Assembly (NCBI GenBank): GCA_030390025.1
Contig: JASTWF010000034.1
Span: 3,968,001 to 4,032,000 of the forward strand
From: Squalus acanthias
Lineage: Eukaryota
Direction: 5' to 3'
Length of the DNA stretch: 64,000 nt
Below the pieces are notes generated by a model. That model did not search any database and was not told where the DNA came from. It worked only from the letters and a program-made list of their open reading frames with translations. Below, piece after piece: positions 37,028-50,400 of this stretch. Both the position numbers and the translations under genes were made by a program. Every line of letters begins with the position of its first letter. Position 1 is the first letter of the stretch.

Positions 37028-39484
37028 GAAATGAATATTTTGCATCTGTGTTCACTGTGGAGAAGGACGATGGAGGCATAGAAATCAGGCAGGGGTATTG
37101 TGATATACTTGAACAAATTAGTATTGAGGGGGAGGAGGTACTAGCGGTTTTAGCGGGCTTAAAAGTGGATAAAGCCCCAGGCCCTGACGGGATGTCTCCC
37201 AGGCTGCTGTGTGAGGCAAGGGAGGAGACTGCAGGGGCTCGGACACAAATTTTCAGAACCTCTCTGACCACAGGGGAGGTGCCAGAGGACTGGAGAACAG
37301 CTAACGTAGTACCATTGTTCAAGAAGGGTAGTAGGGATAAACCAGGGAATTACAGGCCAGTGAGCCTAACATCAGTGATAGGGAAATTAGTGGAAAAAAT
37401 TCTGAGGGACAGAATCAGTCTCCACATGGAGAGGATTAATCAGGGAATAGTCAGCATGACTTTGTCAGGGGGAGATCATATCTAACCAATTTGATTGAAT
37501 TTTTTGAGGGGGTGACTGGGTGTGTGGATGAGGATAGTGCAGTTGATGTCGTCTACATGGTCTTCAGGAAGGCTTGTGATAAAGTCCCACATGGGAGACT
37601 GGTCAAGAAGGTAAGAGGCCATGGGATCCAGGGCAATTTGGCACATTGGATTCAAAATTGGCTTAGTGGCAGGAGGCAGATGGTGATGGTCGAAGGTTGT
37701 TTTTGGTGACAGGAAGCCAGTGTCCAGTAGAGGGGTCAATAACCAGGAGCATAGTTTCAAGGTAAGGGGCAGGAGGTTTAGAGGGGATTTGAGGCAAAAC
37801 TTTTTCACCCAGAGGGTGGTTGAAATCTGGAGCACACTCCCTTAAAGGGTGGTAGAGGCAGGAACGCTCACAACATTCAAATCACTCCCAGGACAGGTAC
37901 AGCAAGCGTTAGATAGAGTAAAGCTCCCTCTACACAGTCCCATCAAACACTCCCACTGCAGGTACAGCACGCGTTAGATACAGAGTAAAGCTCCCTCTAC
38001 AATGTCCCATCAAACACTCCCAGGGCAGGTACAGCACAGGTTAGAAACTGAGTAAAGCTCCCTCTGCACTGTCGCATCAAATGCTCCCAGGGCAGGTACA
38101 GCTTCTATTAGGTGCAAAGAAAAGCTGCCGCTACACTGTCCCATCAAACACTTCCAGGGCAGGTAAAGCACGGGTTAGATAAAGAGTAAAGCTCCCTCTA
38201 CAATGTCCCATCAAACATTCCTAGGGAAGGTAGATCAGTAGGTGGGAAAATGCTGGAATCTATTATAAAGGATGCAATAACTGGGCACTTAGAAACTAAT
38301 AGTAAGATTGGGCAGAGTCAACATGGATTTATGAAAGGGAAATCCTGTTTGACAAACATATTGGAGTTCTTTGAGAATGTAACTAGTGGAGTAGACAAAG
38401 GAGAACCGGCAGATGTGGTGTATCTGGATTTTCATAAGACCTTCGATAAGGTCCCACACAAGAGGTTGGTGAACAAAATGAGGGCACATTGAATTGGGGT
38501 AATATACTAGCATGGTTTGAGAATTGGTTAACAGACAGAAAACAAAGAGTAGGGAAAAACGGATTTTTTTCAGGATGGCAGGCTGCGACTAGTGGAGTAC
38601 AGCAAGGATCGGTGCTTGGGCCCCAGCTAGCCACAATCTATACCAAGGATTTGGATGAGGGGACTAAATGTAACATTTCCAAATTTGCTGATGATACAAA
38701 GCTAGGTGGCAGTGTCAGTTGTGAAGAAGATGTGAAGAGACTTGAAGGGATCTCAAAGGGCTCAGTGGGGGGCGTGAACATGGCAGATGGAATATAATGT
38801 CGATAAATGTGAAGTTATCCAGTTTGGTAGACAAAACAGAAAGGCTGAGTATTTCCTAAATGGTGAAAGATTGGGGAACGCAGATGCACAAAGGGACCTG
38901 GGTGTCCTTGTACATGAGTCATTGAAAGTGAATGTGCAGAGTAAAGCTTCCTCTAAACTGTCCCATCAAACACTCCCAGGGCAGGTTCAGACCACGTTTG
39001 ATACAGAGTAATGCTCCCTCTACACTGTCCCATCAAACTTTCCCAGGGCAGGTACAGCGGGAGTTAGAAACAGAGCAAAGCTCCCTCTACACTAACCCAT
39101 CAAACATTTCCAGGACACATTCAGACCATGCGTGATACAGAGTAAAGCTCCCTTTACACTGTACCATCAAACCCGTCCAGGACAGGGAGAACACGAGTTA
39201 GACAGAGTAAAGCTCCCTCTATACTGTTCAATCAAACACTCCCTGGGCAGGTGCAGCACGGATTAGATACAGATGAAAGCTGCCTCTACACTGTCCCATC
39301 AAATCACTCCCAGGACACGTATAATACGGGTTAAATGCAGAGTAAAGCTGCCTTTACACTGTCCCATCAAACCCTGTCAGGACAGGCACAACAAGAGTTA
39401 GATACAGAGTTAAGCTCCCTCTACAGTTTCCCATCAACACTCGCAGGGCATGTACAGTACACGTTGGATACAGCATAAAGCTCC

Positions 39485-39810
39485 CTCACTAGAAGGACAC
39501 ACACCACGGGACACACTCACTGGAAGTAGACACACCGCGGGACACACTCACTGGAAGGAGACACACCGCGGGACACACTCACTGGAAGGAGACACACCGC
39601 GTAACACTCTCACTGGAAGGAGACACACCGCGGGACACACTCACTGGAAGGAGACACACCGCGGAACACACTCACTGGAAGGAGACACCGCGGGACACAC
39701 TCACTGGAAGGAGACACCGCGGGACACACTCACTGGAAGGAGACACACCGCGGGACTCACTCACTGGAAGGAGACACACCGCGGGACACACTCACTGGAA
39801 GGAGACACAC
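39485..39810. repeat. 31-bp minisatellite (~10.5 units)
   Basis: Same unit, with some 29-bp variants. Confidence 0.95.
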
Positions 39811-39930
39811 GATGAGAAGGGCGGGGTCCAGGGGCGAGGGAGGGGCCCGGGGGCGAGGTCGATGCCCAGGAGTGGCGCAGCGGGGTCGGGAGCACCACAC
39901 TGCAGCCTATAAAGTCCAGGCAGAGAGGAC
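39796..39930 (-). other. Orphan 135-nt exon, second copy
   Basis: Same splice signals; SSLPGLYRLQCGAPDPAAPLLGIDLAPGPLPRPWTPPFSSCVSF. Confidence 0.65.
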
Positions 39931-39975
39931 CTGCGGGAAGAGGGAGGAGGACAGTAGGAGTGGGTTTGTGTGTGT

Positions 39976-42900
39976 GCTCGGCCGATGTAGCAGAGCCTGG
40001 TCTCCAATCGTCTTGGATCCCCTTGCCATTGGACCAAGACCTTGCTCTGTCAAGCCTGTGTGGTAGCTGGTGTGCAACGGCCACCCCACGTTAAAAGAAT
40101 TCACGCACAGTATCTTCGACCCTTTAAAATGAAGTTCGGGACCTGGAACATCAGGACCCTCATGGACAAGCCCAACAGCGACAGACTGGAACGCCATTGT
40201 GCTATCGTTGCCCGGGAGCTCAGACGTTTCGACATAGACATCACCACCCTAAGCTAGACCCAGTGGCCAGAGGAAGGCCAGCTCAAGCAGCAAGGCTATG
40301 GTTACACCTTCTTCTGGAAAGGCAAACCTGAAGAAGAACGCTGCCTCCATGGGGTAGGTGTCGCCATAAAAAATGAGCAAGTTAAACGTCTCAGAGACTC
40401 CCCTTGTGGAATAAACGAACGCCTCATCACTCATGGCTCAACCTAGCCCGGAACCAGTGCGCTACGGTCATCAGTGCATCCGCCCCAACACTGGAAGACA
40501 CAGACAAGACCAAAGAGGAATTCTACTCCAGCCTCGAACAATCCCTGTCCCGAGTCCCAATGGGTGACAAGTTGATCGCCCTTGGCGACTTCAACACCAG
40601 AGGTGGAAAGGACACAGTACTCTTGGGAGGTGTGATCGGCAGAGAGGGGGTAGGGAAAGCCAACTCCAATGGTACCCTCCTCCTGACGAAATGCTAAGAA
40701 CATAAGAACATAAGAAATAGGAGCAGGAGTAGACCAATCGGCCCCTCGAGCCTGCTCCGCCATTCAATAAGATCATGGCTGATCTGATCCTAACCTCAAA
40801 TCTAAAGAACACAAGAAGTAGGAGCAAGACCCGGCCACTCAGCCCCTGGGCCCGCTCCGCCACCCACAGGGCCCTGACCGATCCGAACTCAGCCTCATGT
40901 TCAATTTCCTGCCCGCTCACCGTAACCCGTATTTCCCTTTACCTCTAGGAAACTATCTATTTCTGTTTTAAATTGATTTAATGATGTAGCTTCCACAGCT
41001 TCCTGGGGCAGCAAATTCCACAGACCTACTACCCTCTGAGTGAAGAAGTTTCTCCTTTTCTCAGTTTTGAAAGAGCAGCCCCTTATTCTAAGATTATGCC
41101 CCCTAGTTCTAGTTTCACCCATCATTGGGAACATCCTTACCGCATCCACCCGATCAAGCCCCTTCACAATCTTATATGTTTCAATAAGATCGCCTCTCAT
41201 TCTTCTGAACTCCAATGAGTAGAGTCCCAATCTACTCAACCTCTCCTCATATGTCCACCCCCTCATCCCCGGGATTAACCGAGTGAACCTTCTTTGTACT
41301 GCCTCGAGAGCAAGTATGTCTTTTCTTAAGTATGGACACCAAAACTGTATGCAGTATTCCAGGTGCGGTCTCACCAATACCTTATATAACTGCAGCAATA
41401 CCTCCCTGTTTTTATAATCTATCCCACTAGCAATAAAAGCCAACATTCCGTTGGCCTTCTTGATCACCTGCAGCACCTGCATACTAACTTATTGATTTTC
41501 TTGCACTAGGACCCCCAGATCCCTTTGTACTGCAGTACTTTCCAGTTTCTCGCCATTAAGATAATAACTTGCTCTCTGATTTTTCCTACCAAAGTGCATA
41601 ACCTCACATTTTCCAATATTGTATTGCATCTGCCAAATCTCCGCCCACTCACCCAGCCTGTCTATATCCCCTTGTAGGTTTTTTATGTCCTCCTCACTTT
41701 CTACTTTCCCTCCCTGACCTTGTCATAACCAATACCTTGTTCCGTCAGAGAGACAAGTACAAGGCTTCATGGAAACACCCTTGCTCCAAGCACTGGTATC
41801 TGTTGGACTAGGTCATCGCCCGAGCGAGGGACCGCAAGGACGTCCGCATCACCTGTGCCATGACAGGAGCTGACGACTGCTGGACAGCCCACTGCCTAAT
41901 CAGCTCTGTCATCTCCATCAACGTAGCCCCAAAACAGCGGCGGCAACAGATGCAATGCCGCAGGAAAATCAACGCTGGAGCACTCAAAGACCCTGCTAAG
42001 AAAGACCTATTCAGCCTGCGCCTCACAACCAACCTGACGACTCCCAGTGATTCAGAGACACAGAGTGTCCACGGCGCCTGGTCTGCACTCAAGGCCTCCA
42101 TAATCAGCACCTGCGAAGAGACGCTCGGTCACTCGACCAGGAAAAATCAAGACTGGTTCAACAAGACGACCAGGAGATCCAGGAGCGAATAAGTCGCAAG
42201 GGCAAGGCATTGCTGATCTGGAAACAGTAACAGAACTCGAGAGCCAGAAAGCAGCTCTACAGACATTGAAGGCCGAGGTCCAACAAAAAACTCGCGACCT
42301 AAGAACAGATGGTGGATGGAGAAAGCGCAGGAGATCCAGCAGCTGGCTGACAACCACGACGTGCGTGGATTCTTTAGCGCATTCAAGACCACCGACTGCC
42401 CAAGCACCCATGGTCCTACCCCACTGCGGGCTAAGAATGGAGAGGTACTCATCAAGGACAGAGAGGCAGACAGTGCCCGCTGGAAGGAGCACTTCGAAGA
42501 TCTCCTTAACCGAAACTCTGTCTTCGATGCGAGTGTCCTCAACTCCATCCCGCAGCATGCTACCCGCAACCACCTCCGCATAACATCAGTCCGGCATGAG
42601 GTTGAAAAGGCCATCCGACAACTGAAGAACAACAAGGCCTCAGGAGCAGATGGAATCCCCGCCGAGGCGCTTAAACATGGTGAAGAAGTACTATTGGTGC
42701 GAATACATGAACTCATTTCTCTTATTTGGAAGGAGGAGTGCATGCCAGGGGATCTCAGAGATGCCGTAATTGTGAACATCTTCAAGAAAGGTGACAAGTC
42801 CGATTGTGGTAATTACAGAGCAGTCTCCCTGCTGTCTGCCACAGGGAAAGTCATCGCAAGAATCCTCCTCAATCGCCTTCTCCCAGTGGCTGAAGAGCTC

Positions 42901-44322
42901 CTCCCAGAGTCGCAATGCGGATTACGCCCACTAATGGGCACAATGAACATGATCTTCACCGCGCGTCAACTACAAGAGAAATGGAGGGCACAGCACCAAC
43001 CGCTGTACATGGTCTTCTTTGACCTCATAAAGGCCTTCGACACCATCAACCGTGAGGGATTATGGAGTATCCTCCTCAAATTCAGTTGCCCTCAAAAGTT
43101 TGTCACCATCCTCCGCCTGCTTCACGACAACATTCAAGCTGTAATCCTGACAAACAGATCCACCAGAGACCCAATTCATGTACGGACCGGGGTCAAGCAA
43201 GGCTGTGTCATCGCAACAACGCTCTTCTCGTTCTTCCTGGCTGCAATGTTCCATCGCACCCTCAGTGAGCTCTGCGTCGGAGTGGAGCTAATCTACAGAA
43301 CAAATGGGAAACTGTTCAAACTCCATCGCCTCCAGTCCAGATTCAAGGTCGTTCCATCCTCTGTCATCGAATTACAGTATGCAGACGACGCTTGCATCTG
43401 TGCTCACTCACCAGTCGAACTCTAAACCATCTTCAACATCTTCACCGAAGCGTACGAGAGCATGGGCCTTACACTAAACATCCGTAAGACAAAGGTCCTC
43501 CACCAACCAACCACAAGTACTGCTCCCCCATTATCAAAATCCATGACGAGGCCTTGGACAACGTGGACCACTTTCCATATCTCGGGAGCCTACCGTTAAC
43601 AAGAGGAGACGTCGATGACAAAGTCCAACACCGCCTTCAGTTTGCCAGTGCAGCCTTCGGTCGCCTGAGGAAGAGAATGTTTAAAGACCAGGCCCTCAAA
43701 TCCAGCCCCAAGCTCATGGTCTAGAGCAGTAGTGATACCCAACCTCCTGTATGCTTCAAAGACATTGACCATGTACAGCAGGTACCTCAAAGCACTGGAG
43801 AGGTACCACCAATGCTGCCTCCGCAAGATCCTGCGTTTTTGCTCAGGCCAACATCGAAGCTTTGACCACGCTCGATCAGCTCCGATGGACGGGCCACATC
43901 GTCCGCATGCCCGATAAGAGACTTCCAAAATTAGCGCTCTACTCGGAGCTCCGGCACGGCAAGAGAGCCCCAGGAGGGCAGAGGAAACGCTTCAAGGACA
44001 CTCAAAGCCTTCTTGAAAAAGTGCAACATCCCCAGCGACACCTGGGAATCCCCGGACCAAGACCGCACAAAGTGGAGGAAAAGCATCCGGGAAGGCGCCG
44101 AATACGTGGAGTCTCTTCGCCGGGAGCAAGTGGAAGACAAGCGCAAACAGCGTAAGGAGCACGTCAAACCAAGCACCCCACACACCCGCCCCTTCAACCA
44201 CCGTCTGCCCCACCTGTGACAGAGACTGTAGGTCCCGCATTGGACTCATCAGTCACCTGAGAACTCATTTTTAGTGTGGAAGCAAGTCATCCTCATTTCC
44301 GAGGGACTGCCTAAGAAGAAGA
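39976..44322 (+). mobile_element. RTE-clade LINE, near full length, interrupted by CR1
   Basis: Paralog of 23958-26960; RT ORF 42316-43425; C-terminal C2H2-like segment near 44206-44270; (AAG)n tail at 44313-44322. Confidence 0.95.
40704..41714 (-). mobile_element. CR1 LINE 3' fragment inserted into the RTE
   Basis: ORF 40901-41482 (LVRPHLEYC, RRMRGDLIE, RNFFTQRVV); (TTCTTATG)n tail; absent from the paralogous RTE. Confidence 0.95.
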
Positions 44323-44736
44323 CTCTGTGACTCCATCTGTGGAGTCCCTAAGTTTAGACCCACTCCTTGACTCCATCTGTGGAGTCCCGAAATATAGACC
44401 CACTCTGTGACTCCATCTGTGGAGTCCCTAAGTATAGACCCACTCTGTGACTCCCTCTGTGGAGTCCCGAAATATAGACCCAGTCTGTGACTCCATCTGT
44501 GGAGTCCCTAAGTATAGATCCACTCTGACACCCTCTGTGGAGTCCCTAAGTATAGACCCACTCTGTGACTCCATCTGTGGAGTCCTTAAGTATAGACCCA
44601 CTCTGTGACTCCCTCTGTGGAGTCCCTAAGTATGGACCCACTCTGTGACTCCCCCTGTGGAGTCCCTAAGAATCGACCCACTCTGACACCCTCTGTGGAG
44701 TCCCTAAGTATAGACCCACTCTGTGACACCCTCTGT
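44323..44736. repeat. ~40-bp minisatellite (~10 units)
   Basis: CTCTGTGACTCC(A/C)TCTGTGGAGTCCCTAAGTATAGACCCA. Confidence 0.95.
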
Positions 44737-45229
44737 GTGAGTTTGCGATTCATTCTGTTTCTGTCAGTCTCTGGTGCGGTGTGTGAGTGTGCGATTCATT
44801 CTGTATCTGACAATCTCTGATACTATGGGATCACTTGCCTTGTCAGCCCTTCCGAAACGCATAACCTCACAATTCTCCAGATTGAATTCCATTTGCCCCT
44901 TTTCTGCACAACTGACCAGTCCAGTGATTTCTTCCTGCATATATCATGCGTTATAAAGAGACTAAAGCTTCCATTAGACTGCCCAATCAGACAGTCAAAG
45001 GGCAGGTAAAGCACGGGTAAGATAGAGAGATGCAAAGTAAAGCTCCCTCTACAATGGAAACCCAAAACACTCTCTGGGCAGGCAAGGAATGGGTGACGAA
45101 CAGAGTAAAGCTCCCACTAATTTGGTTCAGCCGAGCCTGATGCGAGATGTTGACCAGCTCCCAGTATCTGGTTAGACTCTCACATTGGAAAAATCCTGGA
45201 CTGATGGGATTCTCAGTAAAGTTCCTCAC

Positions 45230-45660
45230 CTTTCCAATCATTGTTGAAGCTTCCTGTTTTATCCCTTTTCCGAAAATGGGGATCTCGGTCCCGCCGGATC
45301 TGCTCTGTGAACCCAGCGACATTTCTCCAGTCCCAGTCAGTGAGGCGATGATTCGACTGCTCTCTCTCCAACTTCCTGAGATATTGCTCACTCCTAGAGA
45401 CTGTTAACAGTAAAATGATTCATATTAATCCCATAATCTGTAACTGGAATGCAGTGGGACTGTTTTTGTGACTGATTATATTTAATTTGACGAAACTCAC
45501 TGCCAGTGTCAGCTGTCACTCCAGCTCCTCCCACACCGACATCCCACTGATGGGCTGTAAGCAGGGGCGGAAACCTGAGTCCAGGTGACATCACAAAGGA
45601 ACCGGGAGCCAATCACACAGCAGCGGGGAATAATGACACAAAGCGGCCATCGCCCCTCCA
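45230..45660 (-). pseudogene. Unidentified gene 5' cassette, copy d (exon 2 45400-45230, 171 nt); most divergent copy
   Basis: ttttactgttaacag acceptor, AAG|GTGAGG donor, exon 1 donor GCA|GTGAGT after 45501, CCAAT and TGACATCA upstream. Reads MSLGSQSRSGGTEIPIFGKGIKQEASTMIGK. Confidence 0.65.
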
Positions 45661-46960
45661 AAGTCAACATGGATTTACAAAAGGTAAATCGTGCTTGACT
45701 AATCTACTGGAATTTTTTGAGGATGTAACTGGTAAAATAGATAAGGGAGAACCAGTGGATGTGGTGTATTTGGACTTTCAAAAGGCTTTCGATAAGGTCC
45801 CGCATAAGAGATTAGCGTGTAAAGTTAAGGCACATGGGATTGGAGGGCAAGGTATTGACTTGGATAGAGAACTGGTTGGCAGACAGAAAGCAGAGAATAA
45901 GAATTAATGGGTCTTTTTCCGAGTGGCAGGCAGTGACTAGTGGGGTACCGCAGGGATCGGTCCTTGGACCCCAACTATTCAGAATATATATTAAATGATC
46001 CAGACAAGGGAACTAGATGTAATATCTCCAAGTTTGGAGATGACACAAAGCTAGGTGGGCGTGTGTGCTGTGAGGAGGATGCCAAGAAACTCCAGGATGA
46101 ATTGGACAGGTTGGGTGATTGGGCAGAAAGATGGCAGATGCAATATAACGTGGATAAATGCGAGGTTATCCACTTTGGTGTCAAAAACAGGAAGGCAGAT
46201 TATTATCTGAATGGCAACAGATTGGGAGAAGGGGAAGTGCAACGAGAACTGGGTGTCCTTGTGCACCAGTCACTGAAGGTAAGCTTGCAGGTGCAGCAGG
46301 CGGTTAAGATGGCAAATGGATGTTGGCCTTCGGAGCGAGAGGGTTTGAGTGCAGGAACAAGGATGTCTTGCTGCGGTTGCACAGGGCCTTGGTGAGACCA
46401 CATCTTGAGTATTGTGTGCAGTTTTAGTCGCCTGATCTGAGGATGGAGGTTCTTGCCATGGAAGGAGTTCAGCGAAGATTCACCAGGCTGGTACCTGGGA
46501 TGGCAGGAATGACGTATGAGGAGAGATTGGATCGATTGGGCTGATACTCGCTGGAGTTTAGAAGAATGAGAGGGGATCTCATTGAAACTTATAAAATTCT
46601 AACAGGACTGGAGAGACTAGATGCAGGAAGGATGTTCCCGATGGTCGGGGAGTCCAGAACCAGGGGTCACAGTCTAAGGATAAGGGGTAAGACATTTAGG
46701 ACAGAAATGAGGAGGAATTTCTTCAACCAGAGAGTGGTGAACTTGTGGAATTCTCTACCACAGAAGGCAGTAGAGGCCAATTCATTAAATATATTCAAGA
46801 AGGACTTGGATATATTTCTTAAACCTAAAGGGATCAAGGGATATGGGGAGAAGGCCGGGACAGGGTACTGAATTTGGATGATCAGCCATGAACGCATTGA
46901 ATGGCGAAGCAGGCTCGAGGGGCCGAATGGCCTGCTCCTGACCCTATCTTCTATGTTTCT
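45660..46960 (+). mobile_element. CR1 RT and 3' end
   Basis: YLDFQKAFDKVPH, FGDDTKL, MRGDLIETYK; tail ttctatgtttct. Confidence 0.93.
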
Positions 46961-46962
46961 CG

Positions 46963-47266
46963 CACTCCCAGTGCAGGTATGATACAGAGCTCCCTCTATA
47001 TTACCCTGACAGTGTCCCCCCACTTTATACCCAGTGTCAGCATCGTGCACTCCCAGGGCAGGTATGATACAGAGCTCCCTCTATATTACCCTGACAGTGT
47101 CCCCCCACTTTATACCCAGTGTCAGCATCGTGCACTCCCAGGGCAGGTACAATACAGAGCTCCCTCTACATTACCCTGACAGTGTACCCCCACTTTATAC
47201 CCAGTGTCAGCATCCAGCACTCCCAGGGCAGGTATAATACAGAGCTCCCTCTACATTACCCTGACA
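46963..47266. repeat. 85-bp tandem repeat (~3.5 units); also at 1-138
   Basis: CACTCCCAGGGCAGGTAYRATACAGAGCTCCCTCTAYATTACCCTGACAGTGTCCCCCCACTTTATACCCAGTGTCAGCATC recurs with period 85; its first half resembles the 67-bp satellite. Confidence 0.9.
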
Positions 47267-47296
47267 TTACCACTGTTACTCCCTCCCGCTCCATTC

Positions 47297-47404
47297 CATT
47301 TCTGTTCCTGACTCTGCTCCAGCTCGGGTTCCCCAGCCACAGTTCCTCTGCCGTTTGTTCCAGGTATTCCAGGGTACACTTTGCTGGACAGGTCACAGCG
47401 GGGT
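47297..47404 (-). pseudogene. PEX5: PEX5 pseudo-exon, duplicate of 169-276
   Basis: Essentially identical to 169-276 (offset 47128), with the same frameshift and splice lesions. Confidence 0.88.
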
Positions 47405-47486
47405 CGAAGGTTAGAGGATAATTCAGAAGTCAAACACCATTTAAAGTGAAATAGTCAGAGGGGCCGTAATCACCCTCAGGACCTTA

Positions 47487-50400
47487 ACCACAATGCTCGG
47501 TGTCAGTGACCCTGTACCCACAATGCCCAGTGTCAGTGTCCCTGTACCCACAATACCCAGGGTCAGTGACCCTGTACCCACAATGCCCAGTGTCAGTGAC
47601 CCTGTACCCACAATACCCAGGGTCAGTGACTCTGTACCCACAATACCCAGGGTCAGTGACCCTGTACCCACAATGCCCAGTGTCAGTGACCCTGTACCCA
47701 CAATACCCAGGGTCAGTGACTCTGTACCCACAATGCCCAGGGTCAGTGACCCTGTGTCCACAATGCCCAGGGTCAGTGACCTCTGTACCCACAATGCCCA
47801 GGGTCAGTGACTCCTGTACCCACAATGCCCAGGGTCAGTGACCCTGTACCCACAATGCCCAGTGTCAGTGACACTGTACCCACAATGCCCAGTGTCAGTG
47901 ACTCTGTACCCACAATGCCCAGTGTCAGTGACTCTGTACCCACAATGCCCAGTGTCAGTGACACTGTATCCATAATGCCCAGGGTCAGTGACTCTGTACC
48001 CACAATGCCCAGGGTCAGTGACCCTGTGTCCCTAATGCCCGGGGTCAGTGACCCTGTACCCACAATGCCCGGGGTCAGTGGCCCTGTACCCACAAATCCC
48101 AGTGTCAGTGACTCTGTACCCACAATGCCCAGTGTCAGTGACACTGTATCCATAATGCCCAGGGTCAGTGACTCTGTACCCACAATGCCCAGGGTCAGTG
48201 ACCCTGTGTCCCTAATGCCCGGGGTCAGTGACCCTGTACCCACAATGCCCGGGGTCAGTGGCCCTGTACCCACAATGCCCAGTGTCAGTGACTCTGTACC
48301 CACAATGCCCAGGGTCAGTGACCCTGTACCCACAATGCCCAGTGTCAGTGACTCTGTACCCACAATGCCCAGTGTCAGTGTCCCTGTACCCACAATGCCC
48401 AGTGTCAGTGACTCTGTACCCACAATGCCCAGTGTCAGTGACACTGTACCCACAATGCCCAGGGTCAGTGACTCTGTACCCACAATGCCCAGGGTCAGTG
48501 GCCCTGTAACCACAATGCCCAGTGTCAGTGTCCCTGTACCCACAATGCCCAGGGTCAGTGACCCTGTACCCACAATGCCCAGTGTCAGTGTCCCTGTACC
48601 CACAATGCCCAGGGTCAGTGACCCTGTACCCACAATGCCCAGGGTCAGTGACCCTGTACCCACAATGCCCAGTGTCAGTGACTCTGTACCCACAATGCCC
48701 AGGGTCAGTGACCCTGTACCCACAATGCCCAGTGTCAGTGACAATGTACCCACAATGCCCAGTGTCAGTGACTCTGTACCCACAATGCCCAGTGTCAGTG
48801 ACACTGTACCCACAATGCCCAGGGTCAGTGACACTGTGTCCACAATGCCCGGGGTCAGTGTCCCTGTACCCACAATGCCCAGGGTCAGTGACTCTGTACC
48901 CACAATGCCCAGGGTCAGTAACCCTGTACCCACAATGCCCAGTGTCAGTGACTATGTACCCACAATGCCCAGGGTCAGTGACCCTGTACCCACAATGCCC
49001 AGTGTCAGTGACTCTGTACCCACAATGCCCAGTGTCAGTGACACTGTACCCACAATGCCCAGTGTCAGTGACTCTGTATCCACAATGCCCAGGGTCAGTG
49101 ACTCTGTACCAACAATGCCCGGGGTCAGTGGCCCTGTACCCACAATGCCCAGTGTCAGTGACTCTGTATCCACAATGCCCAGGGTCAGTGACTCTGTACC
49201 CACAATGCCCGGGGTCAGTGGCCCTGTACCCATAATGCCTAGTGTCAATGATCCTGTGCCCACAATGCCCGGGCTCAGTGGCCCTGTGACCACAATACCC
49301 AGGGCGAGTGACTCTGTACCCACAATGCCCAGTGTCAATGACCCTGTACAAACAATGCCCAGCGTCAGTGGCCCTGTACCTACAATGCCCAGGGTCAGTG
49401 GCCCTGTACCCACAATACCCAGGGTCAGTGACCCTGTACCCACAATGCCCAGTGTCAGTGACCCTGTACCCACAATGCCCAGGGTCAGTGACTCTGTACC
49501 CACAATACCCAGGTTCAGTGACCCTGTACCCACAATGCCCAGTGTCAGTGACCCTGTACCCACAATACCCAGGGTCAGTGACTCTGTACCCACAATGCCC
49601 AGGGTCAGTGACCCTGTGTCAATAATGCCCGGGGTCAGTGACCCTGTACCCACAATGCCCAGGGTCAGTGACCCTGTACCCACAATGCCCAGTGTCAGTG
49701 ATTCTGTACCCACAATGTCCAGGGTCAGTGACTCCGTACCCACAATGCCCAGGGTCAGTGACCCTGTACCCACAATGCCCAGTGTCAGTGACACTGTACC
49801 CACAATGCCCAGTGTCAGTGACTCTGTACCCACAATGCCCAGTGTCAGTGACTCTGTACCCACAATGCCCAGTGTCAGTGACACTGTATCCATAATGCCC
49901 AGGGTCAGTGACTCTGTACCCACAATGCCCAGGGTCAGTGACCCTGTGTCCCTAATGCCCGGGGTCAGTGACCCTGTACCCACAATGCCCGGGGTCAGTG
50001 GCCCTGTACCCACAATGCCCAGTGTCAGTGACTCTGTACCCACAATGCCCAGGGTCATGACCCTGTACCCACAATGCCCAGTGTCAGTGACTCTGTACCC
50101 ACAATGCCCAGTGTCAGTGTCCCTGTACCCACAATGCCCAATGTCAGTGACTCTGTACCCACAATGCCCAGTGTCAGTGACACTGTACCCACAATGCCCA
50201 GGGTCAGTGACTCTGTACCCACAATGCCCAGGGTCAGTGGCCCTGTAACCACAATGCCCAGTGTCAGTGTCCCTGTACCCACAATGCCCAGGGTCAGTGA
50301 CACTGTACCCACAATGCCCAGTGTCAGTGTCCCTGTACCCACAATGCCCAGGGTCAGTGACCCTGTACCCACAATGCCCAGGGTCAGTGACCCTGTACCC

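Larger units (their letters stand above)
32895..43943 (+). repeat. Segmental duplication of 16635-26960
   Basis: Collinear promoter remnant, CR1s, satellite, 31-bp repeat, orphan exon and RTE. Confidence 0.97.
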
